Virus record (IMG/VR): IMGVR_UViG_3300025914_000009
Coordinates: 1 to 64,000 of that record
Reading direction: 5' to 3' (one strand)
Length of the DNA: 64,000 nt
Source of the DNA: a virus
Made by a program: the position numbers and the translations under genes. How positions within the stretch are numbered: the stretch's first letter is position 1; each line of letters begins with the position of its first letter. Positions 39,997 to 48,679 of this stretch are shown piece after piece. Below the pieces are notes generated by a model. That model was not told where the DNA came from and did not search any database. It worked only from the letters and a program-made list of their open reading frames with translations.

Positions 39997-40329
39997 TTAG
40001 GATTCATCATCCGATTCGAAAGATTCACCTGTTTCATTATAGACAGGCCAGTCTCCCTCACATAGTCTCATTTCAACAACTGCTTTCTCCCATCTTTCAC
40101 AGAGTTCTTCAAAGGATTCAGCTACCAGGATCTTCTCTCCATCATACATCTGGACTATGCTCTTAGTAGAAGTATATCCAATTACCTTATATATTTCCCC
40201 TACCGGAAGGGCCATTGCTCTCCATACCCATTGTTTGGACTTAGCAATGATGCCCATATCCATTTCCTCCAGCTCCATGTCTTCCTCCGAGACAAGCTTT
40301 ACCTTGGCTTTCAGTTTTAATAGACTCAT
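39997..40329 (-). CDS. Small protein with LytTR/FlbD-like beta-beta-beta-alpha pattern
   Basis: LPVGEIYKVIGYTSTKSIVQMYDGEKILVAESFEELCERW. Confidence 0.45.
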   Translation of the reverse strand: MSLLKLKAKVKLVSEEDMELEEMDMGIIAKSKQWVWRAMALPVGEIYKVIGYTSTKSIVQMYDGEKILVAESFEELCERWEKAVVEMRLCEGDWPVYNETGESFESDDES

Positions 40330-42917
40330 TATTTAGATTTTGATTTCTTTGCCTGGGCCTTCTTAGCCTTGATATCCATTCTCTTCATCTGGAGCTGAGC
40401 TTGGATTTTCTCCTTATCTAGCGCGATCTTTCTGAGCTCCATCGCAATATAATCATTCGACTCTTTGGCCTTCTGCTGGATTTGAGATAGTTTAAGTTGG
40501 TATTCCCTATCCTTACCAATGCTTTCTTGTGTAAGTCTATTAGCTTCTGCGATATCTTCATCTCCTGCATTTTCAATTGGGTTCATTGCACTTCTTTCTT
40601 TGGCTGCTGCTGCTATTAGAGCAATCTCCTTCTTATTAAGTCTATCCAGCTCATTTTGCCCGGCTTCAAATTCTTTATCTAATTGATCCTGGATGGCTGC
40701 CTGTTCCTGCTCATGCTGGAACATAGCTTGCTGCTGCTGTTGATCCTGTTGCTTAAGCTGTTGTTCTTGTTGCTGCATTGCTTCCATTTTCTCCTTTAAG
40801 GACTTGAATACTTGCTTCATTGTCCTGATAGAGTTGGTAGTATATAGTACAGATATTTCATATGGAGTAGCTCCATTCTGTAGCATTGGTTGAGCAAGCT
40901 GTCTGAGATCTTCAAAGGCTTTTTGATCCTGGGCTCTGGTAGTAACAAATACCTGTAGATCCCTAAGGGTGATGTCTTCAGAGTTAACTCTAATGAAGGC
41001 TTGTTCTCCTTCTGTATTGATATAGGAAATGGTTGACTCTGGTTTCTTTACTTCTATATGCTGAACTGCATCCAGAATAGCTTGATATACATCATTTAAT
41101 ACATACTCATGTTGTGCAAAGTATGGTTCTGTCTGAGCATAGGATTGAGATAAGGCAGTATTTGTACCTGTAGCAGTTTGAGTTGCAGCTACTCCACCTG
41201 TTCTTTCTCTGGTAATACCTACCAGTTCCCATGCTTCCTGTTTAAGCTGCATAGCCAGAGTGTATCTGCTTTGGATTTCAGCAGTCCTTGTCCAGTCTAT
41301 ATTCTTAAACATGTTGAAGTTAGATGGACTCTTCAGGTTTTCAGGAGAGTCATCTACTATAACAACCCCTCTTTTTCTGGCCTCCTGCTCCCAGATATCC
41401 AGTGCATCCTGAGCATCCCCATCCTTAGGGATAGGAATGTGCCTCATAGACATAAGGTACACATTACCAATTTCCTTCTCCAGCAGCTTATAGAGCTGGT
41501 TCATACATACATTGTACAGAATCTGATAAGGTTTTAGTAGGTCAATTAAGCTCTTAGCTTCATTTATGTTCTTGATCTCATGAACTACTCCAATAATAGG
41601 GCAGTAGTTCAGAAGTTCAAAGGGCTCCACATTATATACATCAGATCCAATCTTGTAGCCTTTATACCATTGGTTTATATAGTTCCACTCGATTGATACC
41701 TGGTTTGGTACTCTCTTATAAGACTCATCTACTAAAGTGGTCTGTTCTACTCCCTCTTCGTCCTTAAATATCAGTCTCCCCACTTTCTTTTTTGAGCACC
41801 AATAGGCTTGAACTACTACATACTTATTACCAAAAGTATTTACATTGGATGATAAGCCAAGAAAGTCATTAAGAGGATCCACGTTCTCTTTGAGCATTGA
41901 CTCAACCAGAAGTCTTTGTTGTACTATAAATGGGGAATAAGTATCATATTTGATTGATTCCCATCCACTTACGTTAGGATTCTCAAAGTTCGATTCCCTT
42001 GGGGAGAATAGAGAGAGTTCTCTTACACCTTTTCTTAAGTGATCAATCTCTTTCTTATCCAGATCAAATCTCTCAATAATCTCACTAAGCTCCATTACAT
42101 GCACTGTCCCTGCAGCAAAGGCATCTTTAAGATACTTCTTATCAGGAAGAGTCAAGAACCATACATTCTTTGGGTTTAGATTTTCTACTCCTACCCCCAG
42201 CTTTGAGTTAGTCTCATATATGTGATAGAACTCTCTTGAGCAGATTAAAAGATCTCTAAAGCAATCTTCTGAGATCTCCTTCATGTTCATCTGCATCTTC
42301 ATGGCTTCCAAAACATGATTTCCCCATTTCTCTGCAGTAGAAGTATAGTCAGTCAGATACTCTGATACCTTCTCCATTGTAAGTTGTTCCAGATCCTGAT
42401 CATTAGAAGGACTGCCTTGTCCTTGTACTCCTGACTGAACAGCAATCTTAGACTTAGCTTGTTCCATTATGAATTGCTGTAATATCTCAGTCTTGAATTG
42501 AAGCTCCTCATTTTTTGAATCATCATCAAAAGCCTTAACCCTAGCTACATCTGGTCTTCTTGTAAGCTCTCCTAACATGGTATTCATAGGAGGGTTTAAG
42601 ATAGGATAGTGCTTCACATAGTTAGGGAGTTCTACATCTCTTACTACTGTATCTGCAAAGGATCTAAGTTCAGGATCATCTGTATCATTAATATAGAAAT
42701 CCTGTGGTCTGAGAATCCCCTTTACCAGGTTATAGTTATTTACAAAGGTATCTTTACCTTTAATAAATTGAGAGTAGGCCACATTGGCAAAGTAGTCCAT
42801 ATTGGACTTTATCCAGTCATCTGTTCCTTTCTCTGCTTCTGGTACGAACTGATCAGGATAAATGTTCCACCTTGCCCAGTCAAGGTTCTGATCCTTTGAG
42901 TGAATGATTATAGGCAT
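40329..42917 (-). CDS. Portal protein
   Basis: 862 aa; HYPILNPPMNTMLGE, SLIDLLKPYQILYN, VGITRERTG; coiled-coil C-terminus; follows terminase. Confidence 0.9.
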   Translation of the reverse strand: MPIIIHSKDQNLDWARWNIYPDQFVPEAEKGTDDWIKSNMDYFANVAYSQFIKGKDTFVNNYNLVKGILRPQDFYINDTDDPELRSFADTVVRDVELPNYVKHYPILNPPMNTMLGELTRRPDVARVKAFDDDSKNEELQFKTEILQQFIMEQAKSKIAVQSGVQGQGSPSNDQDLEQLTMEKVSEYLTDYTSTAEKWGNHVLEAMKMQMNMKEISEDCFRDLLICSREFYHIYETNSKLGVGVENLNPKNVWFLTLPDKKYLKDAFAAGTVHVMELSEIIERFDLDKKEIDHLRKGVRELSLFSPRESNFENPNVSGWESIKYDTYSPFIVQQRLLVESMLKENVDPLNDFLGLSSNVNTFGNKYVVVQAYWCSKKKVGRLIFKDEEGVEQTTLVDESYKRVPNQVSIEWNYINQWYKGYKIGSDVYNVEPFELLNYCPIIGVVHEIKNINEAKSLIDLLKPYQILYNVCMNQLYKLLEKEIGNVYLMSMRHIPIPKDGDAQDALDIWEQEARKRGVVIVDDSPENLKSPSNFNMFKNIDWTRTAEIQSRYTLAMQLKQEAWELVGITRERTGGVAATQTATGTNTALSQSYAQTEPYFAQHEYVLNDVYQAILDAVQHIEVKKPESTISYINTEGEQAFIRVNSEDITLRDLQVFVTTRAQDQKAFEDLRQLAQPMLQNGATPYEISVLYTTNSIRTMKQVFKSLKEKMEAMQQQEQQLKQQDQQQQQAMFQHEQEQAAIQDQLDKEFEAGQNELDRLNKKEIALIAAAAKERSAMNPIENAGDEDIAEANRLTQESIGKDREYQLKLSQIQQKAKESNDYIAMELRKIALDKEKIQAQLQMKRMDIKAKKAQAKKSKSK

Positions 42918-42920
42918 CTG

Positions 42921-45017
42921 TTATATAAATAATTTTGATCTTCTTCTACCATTATTATATCTGATTGGAGAAGAGTTTGAGAAGTCGATTACTTTGTTTG
43001 TGCTTTTTTGTCCCTTGAAGTAAGCTTCAAATCTGGGATCTTTCTTTTCTGTGGATACTACGAACTGTGGATTAAGATGATCCGCCAGGGCAATGGCCAG
43101 CTCCGCAGCTACTATACGGTCATAGTTCCCTTCCTCTGAGTTGAAGTTAATAATTTCTTCCAAGAGCATAGGATCAAATACTCTGGTTACTCCCAGGGTC
43201 TCTATATTCTTCTCCTCTTCTCTGAAGATGACATCATCCAGATAAGATTTAAGTAGACCATCCAGGTGGTTCCTGATCCTATCACTCGATCTATGAATAC
43301 CATAATCCCTTCTAACTGAGGTATTTGGAACTATTTCTCTAAGCCAGCTCGGTTGAGGGGCCAGGTATCTTGCAGCTTCTCCTTTCTTGAGCATATAATC
43401 TATAAAGCTATACTCATCATTTTCACAAAGGGTATAGGCATTATAGTACTTAATGAGGAGTCTGGCAGTCTCATTCCACTTGTCTTTACTATCTGGCCTG
43501 GCTACATAAGAAGCTACAAATAGGTTTTGATATCTATCCGAGGCAATGTCATGTACCCTTTTAAAGATATACACTGCCCCAAGGGAGTCTGAATATTCAG
43601 ATCTACTCTGTCTATAAGGGTCAACTCCAGCTGTATAGAGTCCGAATGGTGGTTCATCATCTATTGGGAACTCCCAAATGACTGGAGGAGCATCAAGTGA
43701 AGTTGTGCTATCTGCAGGAAACTTGCTGATTGGTAGTTTATCACTGAACTTATGGCAAATCTTTTCTCCATCATGATATAAGTCTACCGGAGTACCAGTC
43801 TTCCCAAGGGCAGTAAGTCTATTCTTTTGAGCTTTAGCAGCTTCGATATTAAAGTCATTCTTTGTAAGAACCAGGAAGCTATCAGATGGAACCAGAGGCC
43901 AGAAGGCTTTGAACTTCAATACAGTCTTCTGATTACCAGATTTTATAGCTCTTGCATATTCTTTTTCCCACCACTCCCTAGCCTTCTCATAGTTGGTTAC
44001 CAGAATGGTAATTCTTTCTAAGTCAGGGTGTTGTATTCCCAAATAATCAGATAGCTTCATTGGATCCTTGTACTTGATCTTAGCCATTAAGGCATCAATG
44101 AATCTACCCATCTTTGTTCCTGGTATTTCAGGATTATCAAAGGGGAGTATGTTATAGGCTTCAGGGTGAAGGAACACTTCAGATGCCTCTTTACCTTTTT
44201 CCATATCACCCCCAGTGCCTGCTATCATAGCAAGACAGGAAGGTTTATCTTCTTTGGATGTACCAGACCACCAGGCACCTTCAGAGTCTTTGAAACAGGC
44301 AATGAAGTTTCTAATGGTACCAATTTCATCTATAAGATGGAAACCAGGTCTAGCTCCTACTGCTGCATCGCTCTTTGATCCTTCTTCAAAGTTTCTTATC
44401 TGTATAGATGATTGAGAAGATAAAGGAGATGTTATCCCTGTCTTCTTATCTTTCCAACCAGCCTTTATTTCTTTTTTCCAGTCATTAACAATCCTTTGCT
44501 TCTGCAGGATTGGATGTAGATTGATCAGACCATCTTCTACCTTATCAGTAGCAAGCTTGATATATGTACCATTACCTGCACTGATGATAGCTTCTGATTT
44601 GTCAAAGAGAGTGTACTGATAACCAGCTCTTGAGCCAGCCATGATAGATTTCCCGAAGTCACGAGATCCAACCAGGGCATAGAACTTACCTTTCTGTTCA
44701 CATTGAGTAAAGTCATCAGCTATTATCCACTCAATGTCCCTGAGATAGGGAGTATCAATAATTCTGATCTTCTTATTAAGTCTTTCATTTTCAATGTACA
44801 TGGCGATTTTCCAGTACACTGTGTGCCAATAGAGCCATCCAGAAATGTATACTTTCCCATCTGCCAGATAAAAGCCTTCCTTCATCCTACGCTTTTCTTC
44901 AGTCCAGTACTCCCTAAAGGTTTCCATAGCTGCTTCATCTGTAGGATCGTAAATAGGTTCTACCTGGTCGGGGAACCAAATGTTTTTAGTTTTCTGGGTA
45001 TACTTCTGGTCTATCAT
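42921..45017 (-). CDS. Terminase large subunit
   Basis: Walker A GSRDFGKS; Walker B HLIDEIG; GTGG; nuclease AGVDPY and YDRIVA. Confidence 0.92.
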   Translation of the reverse strand: MIDQKYTQKTKNIWFPDQVEPIYDPTDEAAMETFREYWTEEKRRMKEGFYLADGKVYISGWLYWHTVYWKIAMYIENERLNKKIRIIDTPYLRDIEWIIADDFTQCEQKGKFYALVGSRDFGKSIMAGSRAGYQYTLFDKSEAIISAGNGTYIKLATDKVEDGLINLHPILQKQRIVNDWKKEIKAGWKDKKTGITSPLSSQSSIQIRNFEEGSKSDAAVGARPGFHLIDEIGTIRNFIACFKDSEGAWWSGTSKEDKPSCLAMIAGTGGDMEKGKEASEVFLHPEAYNILPFDNPEIPGTKMGRFIDALMAKIKYKDPMKLSDYLGIQHPDLERITILVTNYEKAREWWEKEYARAIKSGNQKTVLKFKAFWPLVPSDSFLVLTKNDFNIEAAKAQKNRLTALGKTGTPVDLYHDGEKICHKFSDKLPISKFPADSTTSLDAPPVIWEFPIDDEPPFGLYTAGVDPYRQSRSEYSDSLGAVYIFKRVHDIASDRYQNLFVASYVARPDSKDKWNETARLLIKYYNAYTLCENDEYSFIDYMLKKGEAARYLAPQPSWLREIVPNTSVRRDYGIHRSSDRIRNHLDGLLKSYLDDVIFREEEKNIETLGVTRVFDPMLLEEIINFNSEEGNYDRIVAAELAIALADHLNPQFVVSTEKKDPRFEAYFKGQKSTNKVIDFSNSSPIRYNNGRRRSKLFI

Positions 45018-45313
45018 TATATTTCACCTTTCTCAATTGGAGAGAGCTCCTGATCTCCTCTAACTGAAGGAGACTTAGCTTCTTCTTTATCTCTGAGTTT
45101 ATCTATTGCTTCTACAATTAATATATAGTCTTTCAGAGTCTCTCTTATTGACTTTACCTGCTCTTCGATCTTGGATACTACTTTATCTCCCAGCATACGA
45201 TCTTTGAGCTTGTGTATAGGCTGATTACAATATTCGCGAATCTCTTTGGCTTTCTTCTCCAGCCACTCAAGCTCCATCCCTATATAGTTATTACTCGTCT
45301 TCTTAGTAGCCAT
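45017..45313 (-). CDS. Helical protein, candidate terminase small subunit
   Basis: Directly upstream of TerL; coiled coil; VRGDQE tail. Confidence 0.4.
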   Translation of the reverse strand: MATKKTSNNYIGMELEWLEKKAKEIREYCNQPIHKLKDRMLGDKVVSKIEEQVKSIRETLKDYILIVEAIDKLRDKEEAKSPSVRGDQELSPIEKGEI

Positions 45314-45584
45314 CTTCTTCCTCCTCTTCCTGAAATAGCTTATCCAGGTTTTGTCCCTCTTTAAGTACCCTATCTACCTCAGTATCTGAGACAATATTCA
45401 TTTCCATTTCAGCTCTGTATTTCTCCAAAGCAAACAGAAACTCTTTATCTGTCAGACCCCATATATCCCCATAGTCCCCCAGGGCAGTTGCGATATGCTG
45501 GCCCAGAGTATTATTAGGGTACTCTTTCTTCAGGCTCTCCAGGATATGGATGGCCTGATTATATGGTAATGCTTTCTTCGCCAT
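45303..45584 (-). CDS. Hypothetical protein
   Basis: ORF track; overlapping operon packing. Confidence 0.6.
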   Translation of the reverse strand: MAKKALPYNQAIHILESLKKEYPNNTLGQHIATALGDYGDIWGLTDKEFLFALEKYRAEMEMNIVSDTEVDRVLKEGQNLDKLFQEEEEEDGY

Positions 45585-45594
45585 ACTCTTTGTT

Positions 45595-45783
45595 TTATAC
45601 TATTGTCAGTCCCGATGCTTTAGCTGTAGATTCATTTACACTTGGCTCAAGTGCATCTACCAGCCTGTCAATATATCTGTTTACTTTGTACTTAATTTCT
45701 CCATCAATTCCTTCAGTTGCAACTAGTTGTGCAAAGAATCTGATTGACTCGACTATCTCGAATGAATTAATTGGTGCTCCCAT
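45595..45783 (-). CDS. Hypothetical protein
   Basis: ORF track; operon packing. Confidence 0.55.
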   Translation of the reverse strand: MGAPINSFEIVESIRFFAQLVATEGIDGEIKYKVNRYIDRLVDALEPSVNESTAKASGLTIV

Positions 45784-45803
45784 ATTTAGTTGTTTGGTTT
45801 TGT

Positions 45804-45992
45804 TTAGATTAATGTATATATGTTCTCATCTGTAAGCTCTGAGTCATCCTGCGGCCTTTCTACAGGGTCTAAGATAATTGTCTTGTTGTCAGTATCTACT
45901 ATAATATCTACAACATCATACTGCATTGACAATCTGGTAAGTACTACCATTAGATCTCTTATCTTAACATTACTTAGCCTGGCTACTTTCAT
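45804..45992 (-). CDS. Hypothetical protein
   Basis: ORF track; operon packing. Confidence 0.55.
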   Translation of the reverse strand: MKVARLSNVKIRDLMVVLTRLSMQYDVVDIIVDTDNKTIILDPVERPQDDSELTDENIYTLI

Positions 45993-46290
45993 CTTCCAGT
46001 TTTTTGATTATTTCTAACTCTTCTTCCTGAGTCATGTGAGCTTTCCATTTCCCCAAGGGGCATTCCTGAGATAGGGCTCTGGTCTTAAGATGTAGGTCAC
46101 AACCACATACTGTGCAGTGAAAATCTGGTCTGAAGGTCTTATAATTATTGATCTCTTTCTGAGCCTCAGAGTTTAGAAGGCAATGATTTCTGCATATATC
46201 CTCTCTCTGATTAGCCACATCTTCTATCTCCTTCTTAACGAAAATGGAGTTCCAGGTTCCTTCTAATATTCCTTTAAGACTTATTTTCAT
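45970..46290 (-). CDS. Cys-rich putative Zn-binding protein
   Basis: REDICRNHC...CTVCGC...KTR...CPLGKW. Confidence 0.7.
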   Translation of the reverse strand: MKISLKGILEGTWNSIFVKKEIEDVANQREDICRNHCLLNSEAQKEINNYKTFRPDFHCTVCGCDLHLKTRALSQECPLGKWKAHMTQEEELEIIKKLEDESSQAK

Positions 46291-46648
46291 ATCCTCCCTT
46301 TTTGGTTTTCATATAGGCAACTGTGGCCTTGAGCTTTTCCATCATGTTATTCCAAGTCTCCATATTCCTGATTTCCTCAGGTCTATCTTTAAGCTTAGCT
46401 TCCATATTGAAGATAAGTATTTCCAACTTCTGTATCTTCCTTCTAATCTTATTAGGAGAGGTCATGAACTTTCCAAATCCTGAGATCTCTACCTGTTCAT
46501 GATCTACCATTGCATCTCTTGCATCTTTAAACTGAAACATAATAACTTTCTCTACTATGTCTTCAGGAACTAAGGTCTTTATAGCAGTCCTTGTTATAAG
46601 AACACCTTTCAACTTGTCAGCATCTATACTACTCTGATTCTTTTGCAC
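46274..46648 (-). CDS. HU/IHF-like protein
   Basis: EDIVEKVI...QVEISGFGKF HU signature. Confidence 0.7.
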   Translation of the reverse strand: MQKNQSSIDADKLKGVLITRTAIKTLVPEDIVEKVIMFQFKDARDAMVDHEQVEISGFGKFMTSPNKIRRKIQKLEILIFNMEAKLKDRPEEIRNMETWNNMMEKLKATVAYMKTKKGGYENKS

Positions 46649-46988
46649 TTCCTGCCAGGTTTATTTGTAACTGAATATCTTTTGAAAAGTCAAGAGCAAT
46701 CTTTGGATTCACTCTATATTTCATATCTATCTGTACAAGAAAGCCAGCCTTCACAAGTTCCTGCTTCATATTCTCCAGAGATGCAAGTGAGCTATTAAAC
46801 ATCTCAACAAACTCCTTTCTAGCCGCAGGGGATGTTATGCTCCCTCGGGCAGCTGTGAATGCCAGGAGGTATAGCTGCTTTTGTGGAAGTCTTACTTCAT
46901 TCAGAGCAAGCAGTACAGAATAATACTTTATTGCCTTTTCCACCTCAGTAGCTACCTCTCTTCGTATTTTCTGCACAATTACCTTCAT
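46629..46988 (-). CDS. Winged-helix (RepL-like) DNA-binding protein
   Basis: RKEFVEMFNSSLASLENMKQELVKAGFL...YRVNPKI. Confidence 0.65.
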   Translation of the reverse strand: MKVIVQKIRREVATEVEKAIKYYSVLLALNEVRLPQKQLYLLAFTAARGSITSPAARKEFVEMFNSSLASLENMKQELVKAGFLVQIDMKYRVNPKIALDFSKDIQLQINLAGSAKESE

Positions 46989-47007
46989 GTAGCTTGGTTT
47001 TCTTTTA

Positions 47008-47015
47008 CAAAGTTA
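47008..47015 (-). promoter_or_regulatory. -7 box of the promoter for the packaging operon
   Basis: TAACTTTG about 20 nt upstream of ATG 46988; no clear -33. Confidence 0.5.
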
Positions 47016-47062
47016 TGGGCTTTTTTGGAAGTAATATATAACTCTTTGGGATGTAATGCTAT

Positions 47063-47094
47063 AAAAAGCAAAAATCCTCCCAATATGAGAGGAT
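47063..47094 (-). terminator. Terminator closing the tRNA array
   Basis: ATCCTCTCA-TAT-TGGGAGGAT-TTTTGCTTTTT. Confidence 0.8.
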
Positions 47095-47098
47095 CTTG

Positions 47099-47170
47099 AG
47101 GCAGATATCTGAATCGAACAGATGTATAGGGCTTTTGCAGAACCCGACCTTTCCACTTGGCTAATCTGCC
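47099..47170 (-). tRNA. tRNA-Cys(GCA)
   Basis: Cloverleaf; anticodon loop CTGCAAA; U73. Confidence 0.9.
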
Positions 47171-47175
47171 TTATG

Positions 47176-47247
47176 CACGTATCGGGGGAATCGAACCCAG
47201 TCCTCCTACAGTTTTGGAGACTGCTTGGCCACCATGGCCTGACACGT
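47176..47247 (-). tRNA. tRNA-Trp(CCA)
   Basis: Loop CTCCAAA; G73; weak T-stem. Confidence 0.85.
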
Positions 47248-47253
47248 GTGTAG

Positions 47254-47324
47254 ACTACCCTGCAAGATTCGAACTTGCGTTCTAACATCCGTAGTGTTGA
47301 GTCCTTCCACTGAACGAAGGGTAG
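47254..47324 (-). tRNA. tRNA-Arg(ACG)
   Basis: Loop CTACGGA; T-loop TTCGAAT. Confidence 0.9.
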
Positions 47325-47397
47325 TGGGGTGGAGTGCAGAGTCGAACTGCCTTACCTGGTTCACAGCCAAGTCCATTCACCGAATTGGTATCTCCAC
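47325..47397 (-). tRNA. tRNA-His(GTG), encoded CCA, atypical acceptor/T junction
   Basis: Loop CTGTGAA; C73-CCA. Confidence 0.8.
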
Positions 47398-47399
47398 AG

Positions 47400-47471
47400 A
47401 TGCCCCTGGAGGAATCGAACCTACCATCATGAGATCCAAAAGCTCACGCCCTTCCATTGTGCTAAGGGGCA
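47400..47471 (-). tRNA. tRNA-Gln(TTG)
   Basis: Loop TTTTGGA; U1-A72; 31-39 mismatch. Confidence 0.85.
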
Positions 47472-47482
47472 TTAAAAAAATG

Positions 47483-47554
47483 TGGTACAGAGTGGACTTG
47501 AACCACCAACGCCCAGCTCTTCAGGCTGGCGCTCTACATTGGAGCTACTGCACC
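47483..47554 (-). tRNA. tRNA-Phe(GAA)
   Basis: CCAGC-CTGAAGA-GCTGG. Confidence 0.9.
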
Positions 47555-47559
47555 ATATG

Positions 47560-47631
47560 AGCCTGAGCAGGAACTCGAATCCTGTTCTGATGCTTACAAG
47601 GCAACTGCACCACCATCAGTGCTTCTCAGGC
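47560..47631 (-). tRNA. tRNA-Thr(TGT)
   Basis: Loop CTTGTAA; GCC acceptor start. Confidence 0.88.
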
Positions 47632-47636
47632 TTATG

Positions 47637-47712
47637 TTGGGTGAATAGGATTCGAACCTACGCTTTCAGCCTCCCAAAGGCTGCCGGAAAAACCTGGCTT
47701 CCGTACCACCCA
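47637..47712 (-). tRNA. tRNA-Pro(TGG)
   Basis: CAGCC-TTTGGGA-GGCTG; A73. Confidence 0.9.
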
Positions 47713-47716
47713 ATAT

Positions 47717-47752
47717 AAAAGAAAAACCCCCAGTCTTGGTAGAAAGGGGGTT
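47717..47752 (-). terminator. Attenuator terminator of tRNA operon A
   Basis: AACCCCC...GGGGGTT plus TTTCTTTT, 4 nt before tRNA-Pro; 5' arm complementary to the leader ORF. Confidence 0.8.
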
Positions 47753-47773
47753 GACATGCAAGAGCTTTATATC

Positions 47774-47848
47774 CTATACATACATGACAACTCCCTTCCC
47801 TGGTTGAGGGCAGAAGGTAAACCACGTATGACGAAATACTTTATTCAT
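47774..47848 (-). CDS. Leader peptide A, MNKVFRHTWFTFCPQPGKGVVMYV
   Basis: 25 codons between promoter and terminator; codons 5-16 match the 8 downstream tRNAs. Confidence 0.85.
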   Translation of the reverse strand: MNKVFRHTWFTFCPQPGKGVVMYV

Positions 47849-47852
47849 AATG

Positions 47853-47884
47853 CAAATATATGGTGAATATTTTAATCCACCAAA
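47853..47884 (-). promoter_or_regulatory. Promoter of tRNA operon A
   Basis: TTTG-N20-TATATTTG, full Bacteroidota consensus. Confidence 0.85.
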
Positions 47885-47890
47885 AAAAAG

Positions 47891-47975
47891 TTGCACAGGT
47901 CAGATTCGAACTGACAAAGGCTAAAGCCCCGAGTTTTACAGACTCAGAAGGATCTCCCACTCCTGTCGCAGTGCA
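47891..47975 (-). tRNA. tRNA-Tyr(GTA)
   Basis: Loop CTGTAAA; long variable arm; A73. Confidence 0.85.
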
Positions 47976-47982
47976 ATGTAAG

Positions 47983-48065
47983 AGGAGAGCAGTGGCCCTG
48001 ATCCACATCCCCGAGGGAACAGTCAGCTTAGCAGGCTGCTCCTACATCGTGTAGGTTTACTCTCC
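47983..48065 (-). tRNA. tRNA-Ser(GCT), non-canonical T-loop
   Basis: GGAGAG acceptor; loop CTGCTAA; variable arm; T-loop ATCAGGG. Confidence 0.78.
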
Positions 48066-48072
48066 TTATAAG

Positions 48073-48165
48073 AGGAAGGCTGAGGACTCGAACCCCACTC
48101 CTGCTCATCGCCGAGCCCTAGTTTTCAAGACTAGTCGCCGCTCCTGTGCAGCTGCATAACCTTCC
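48073..48165 (-). tRNA. tRNA-Ser(TGA)
   Basis: CTAGT-CTTGAAA-ACTAG; long variable arm. Confidence 0.9.
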
Positions 48166-48171
48166 TTATAG

Positions 48172-48245
48172 TATCCCTGGTAGGACTTGAACCTACAGAA
48201 CTCAGATTTTAAGTCTGATATGGTTACCTATTACATCACAGGGAT
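48172..48245 (-). tRNA. tRNA-Leu(TAA), short variable loop
   Basis: TCAGA-CTTAAAA-TCTGA; A73. Confidence 0.85.
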
Positions 48246-48250
48246 AAGTG

Positions 48251-48323
48251 TACCGAGGATGGGATTCGAACCCACACTTTTCAGTTCCTAAGACTGTTGC
48301 CTCTCCCGTTGGGCTACCAAGGT
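48251..48323 (-). tRNA. tRNA-Leu(TAG), short variable loop
   Basis: Loop CTTAGGA; A73; two acceptor mismatches. Confidence 0.82.
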
Positions 48324-48327
48324 ATGT

Positions 48328-48362
48328 AAAACAAAAAACCCAGCTGTAGAAACAGACTGGGC
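48328..48362 (-). terminator. Attenuator terminator of tRNA operon B
   Basis: GCCCAG(T)CTGT-TTCT-ACAGCTGGGT plus TTTTTGTTTT. Confidence 0.85.
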
Positions 48363-48385
48363 TAAAAAATAAAGTCTAATGAACT

Positions 48386-48454
48386 TTACATACTATACCC
48401 AGCCTGTCTGTGTAACAGGAGTGAACTGGAATAGTATGATAGAAGATTGAACAT
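48386..48454 (-). CDS. Leader peptide B, MFNLLSYYSSSLLLHRQAGYSM
   Basis: 23 codons; codons 4-14 are all Leu/Ser/Tyr. Confidence 0.88.
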   Translation of the reverse strand: MFNLLSYYSSSLLLHRQAGYSM

Positions 48455-48458
48455 GATG

Positions 48459-48490
48459 CAAATGTAATAACTCTTTTTGAATTTTCCAAA
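48459..48490 (-). promoter_or_regulatory. Promoter of tRNA operon B
   Basis: TTTG-N20-TACATTTG. Confidence 0.85.
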
Positions 48491-48499
48491 TAATTCTAG

Positions 48500-48573
48500 T
48501 GGAGCTAAAGAGAATCGAACTCTTCTCAGGCTCCTTGCAAGGGAGCTTCGCCAGCCTTGGAACATGTAACCCC
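48500..48573 (-). tRNA. tRNA-Ala(TGC)
   Basis: Loop CTTGCAA; G3:U70; A73. Confidence 0.92.
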
Positions 48574-48679
48574 TAAATCTGAAGCATAACCTTTCTACCT
48601 TCTCTGTAAACAGCTTTATTACAGTTATGAAATTGTATACCAGTAGATTGTACATGCTCCAGAGGTTCTTTCAAACCAG

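Noticed and set aside
42921-45017. Intron or intein in terminase, capsid or RNAP genes
   Set aside because: The frames are continuous and of expected size; no intein or homing endonuclease motifs were noticed.
1517-46483. Numerous short plus-strand ORFs antisense to structural genes
   Set aside because: They are shadow frames of long minus-strand genes with no independent signals.
48073-48323. tRNAs with TGA, TAA and TAG anticodons as stop suppressors, or stop-codon reassignment as in some crAss-like phages
   Set aside because: These anticodons read TCA, TTA and CTA. No CTA/TCA/TTA anticodon was found, and long genes are intact in the standard code with all three stops in use.
48386-48655. 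89-aa ORF from the track
   Set aside because: Its 5' part overlaps tRNA-Ala and promoter B; only the last 22 codons from ATG 48454 are credible.
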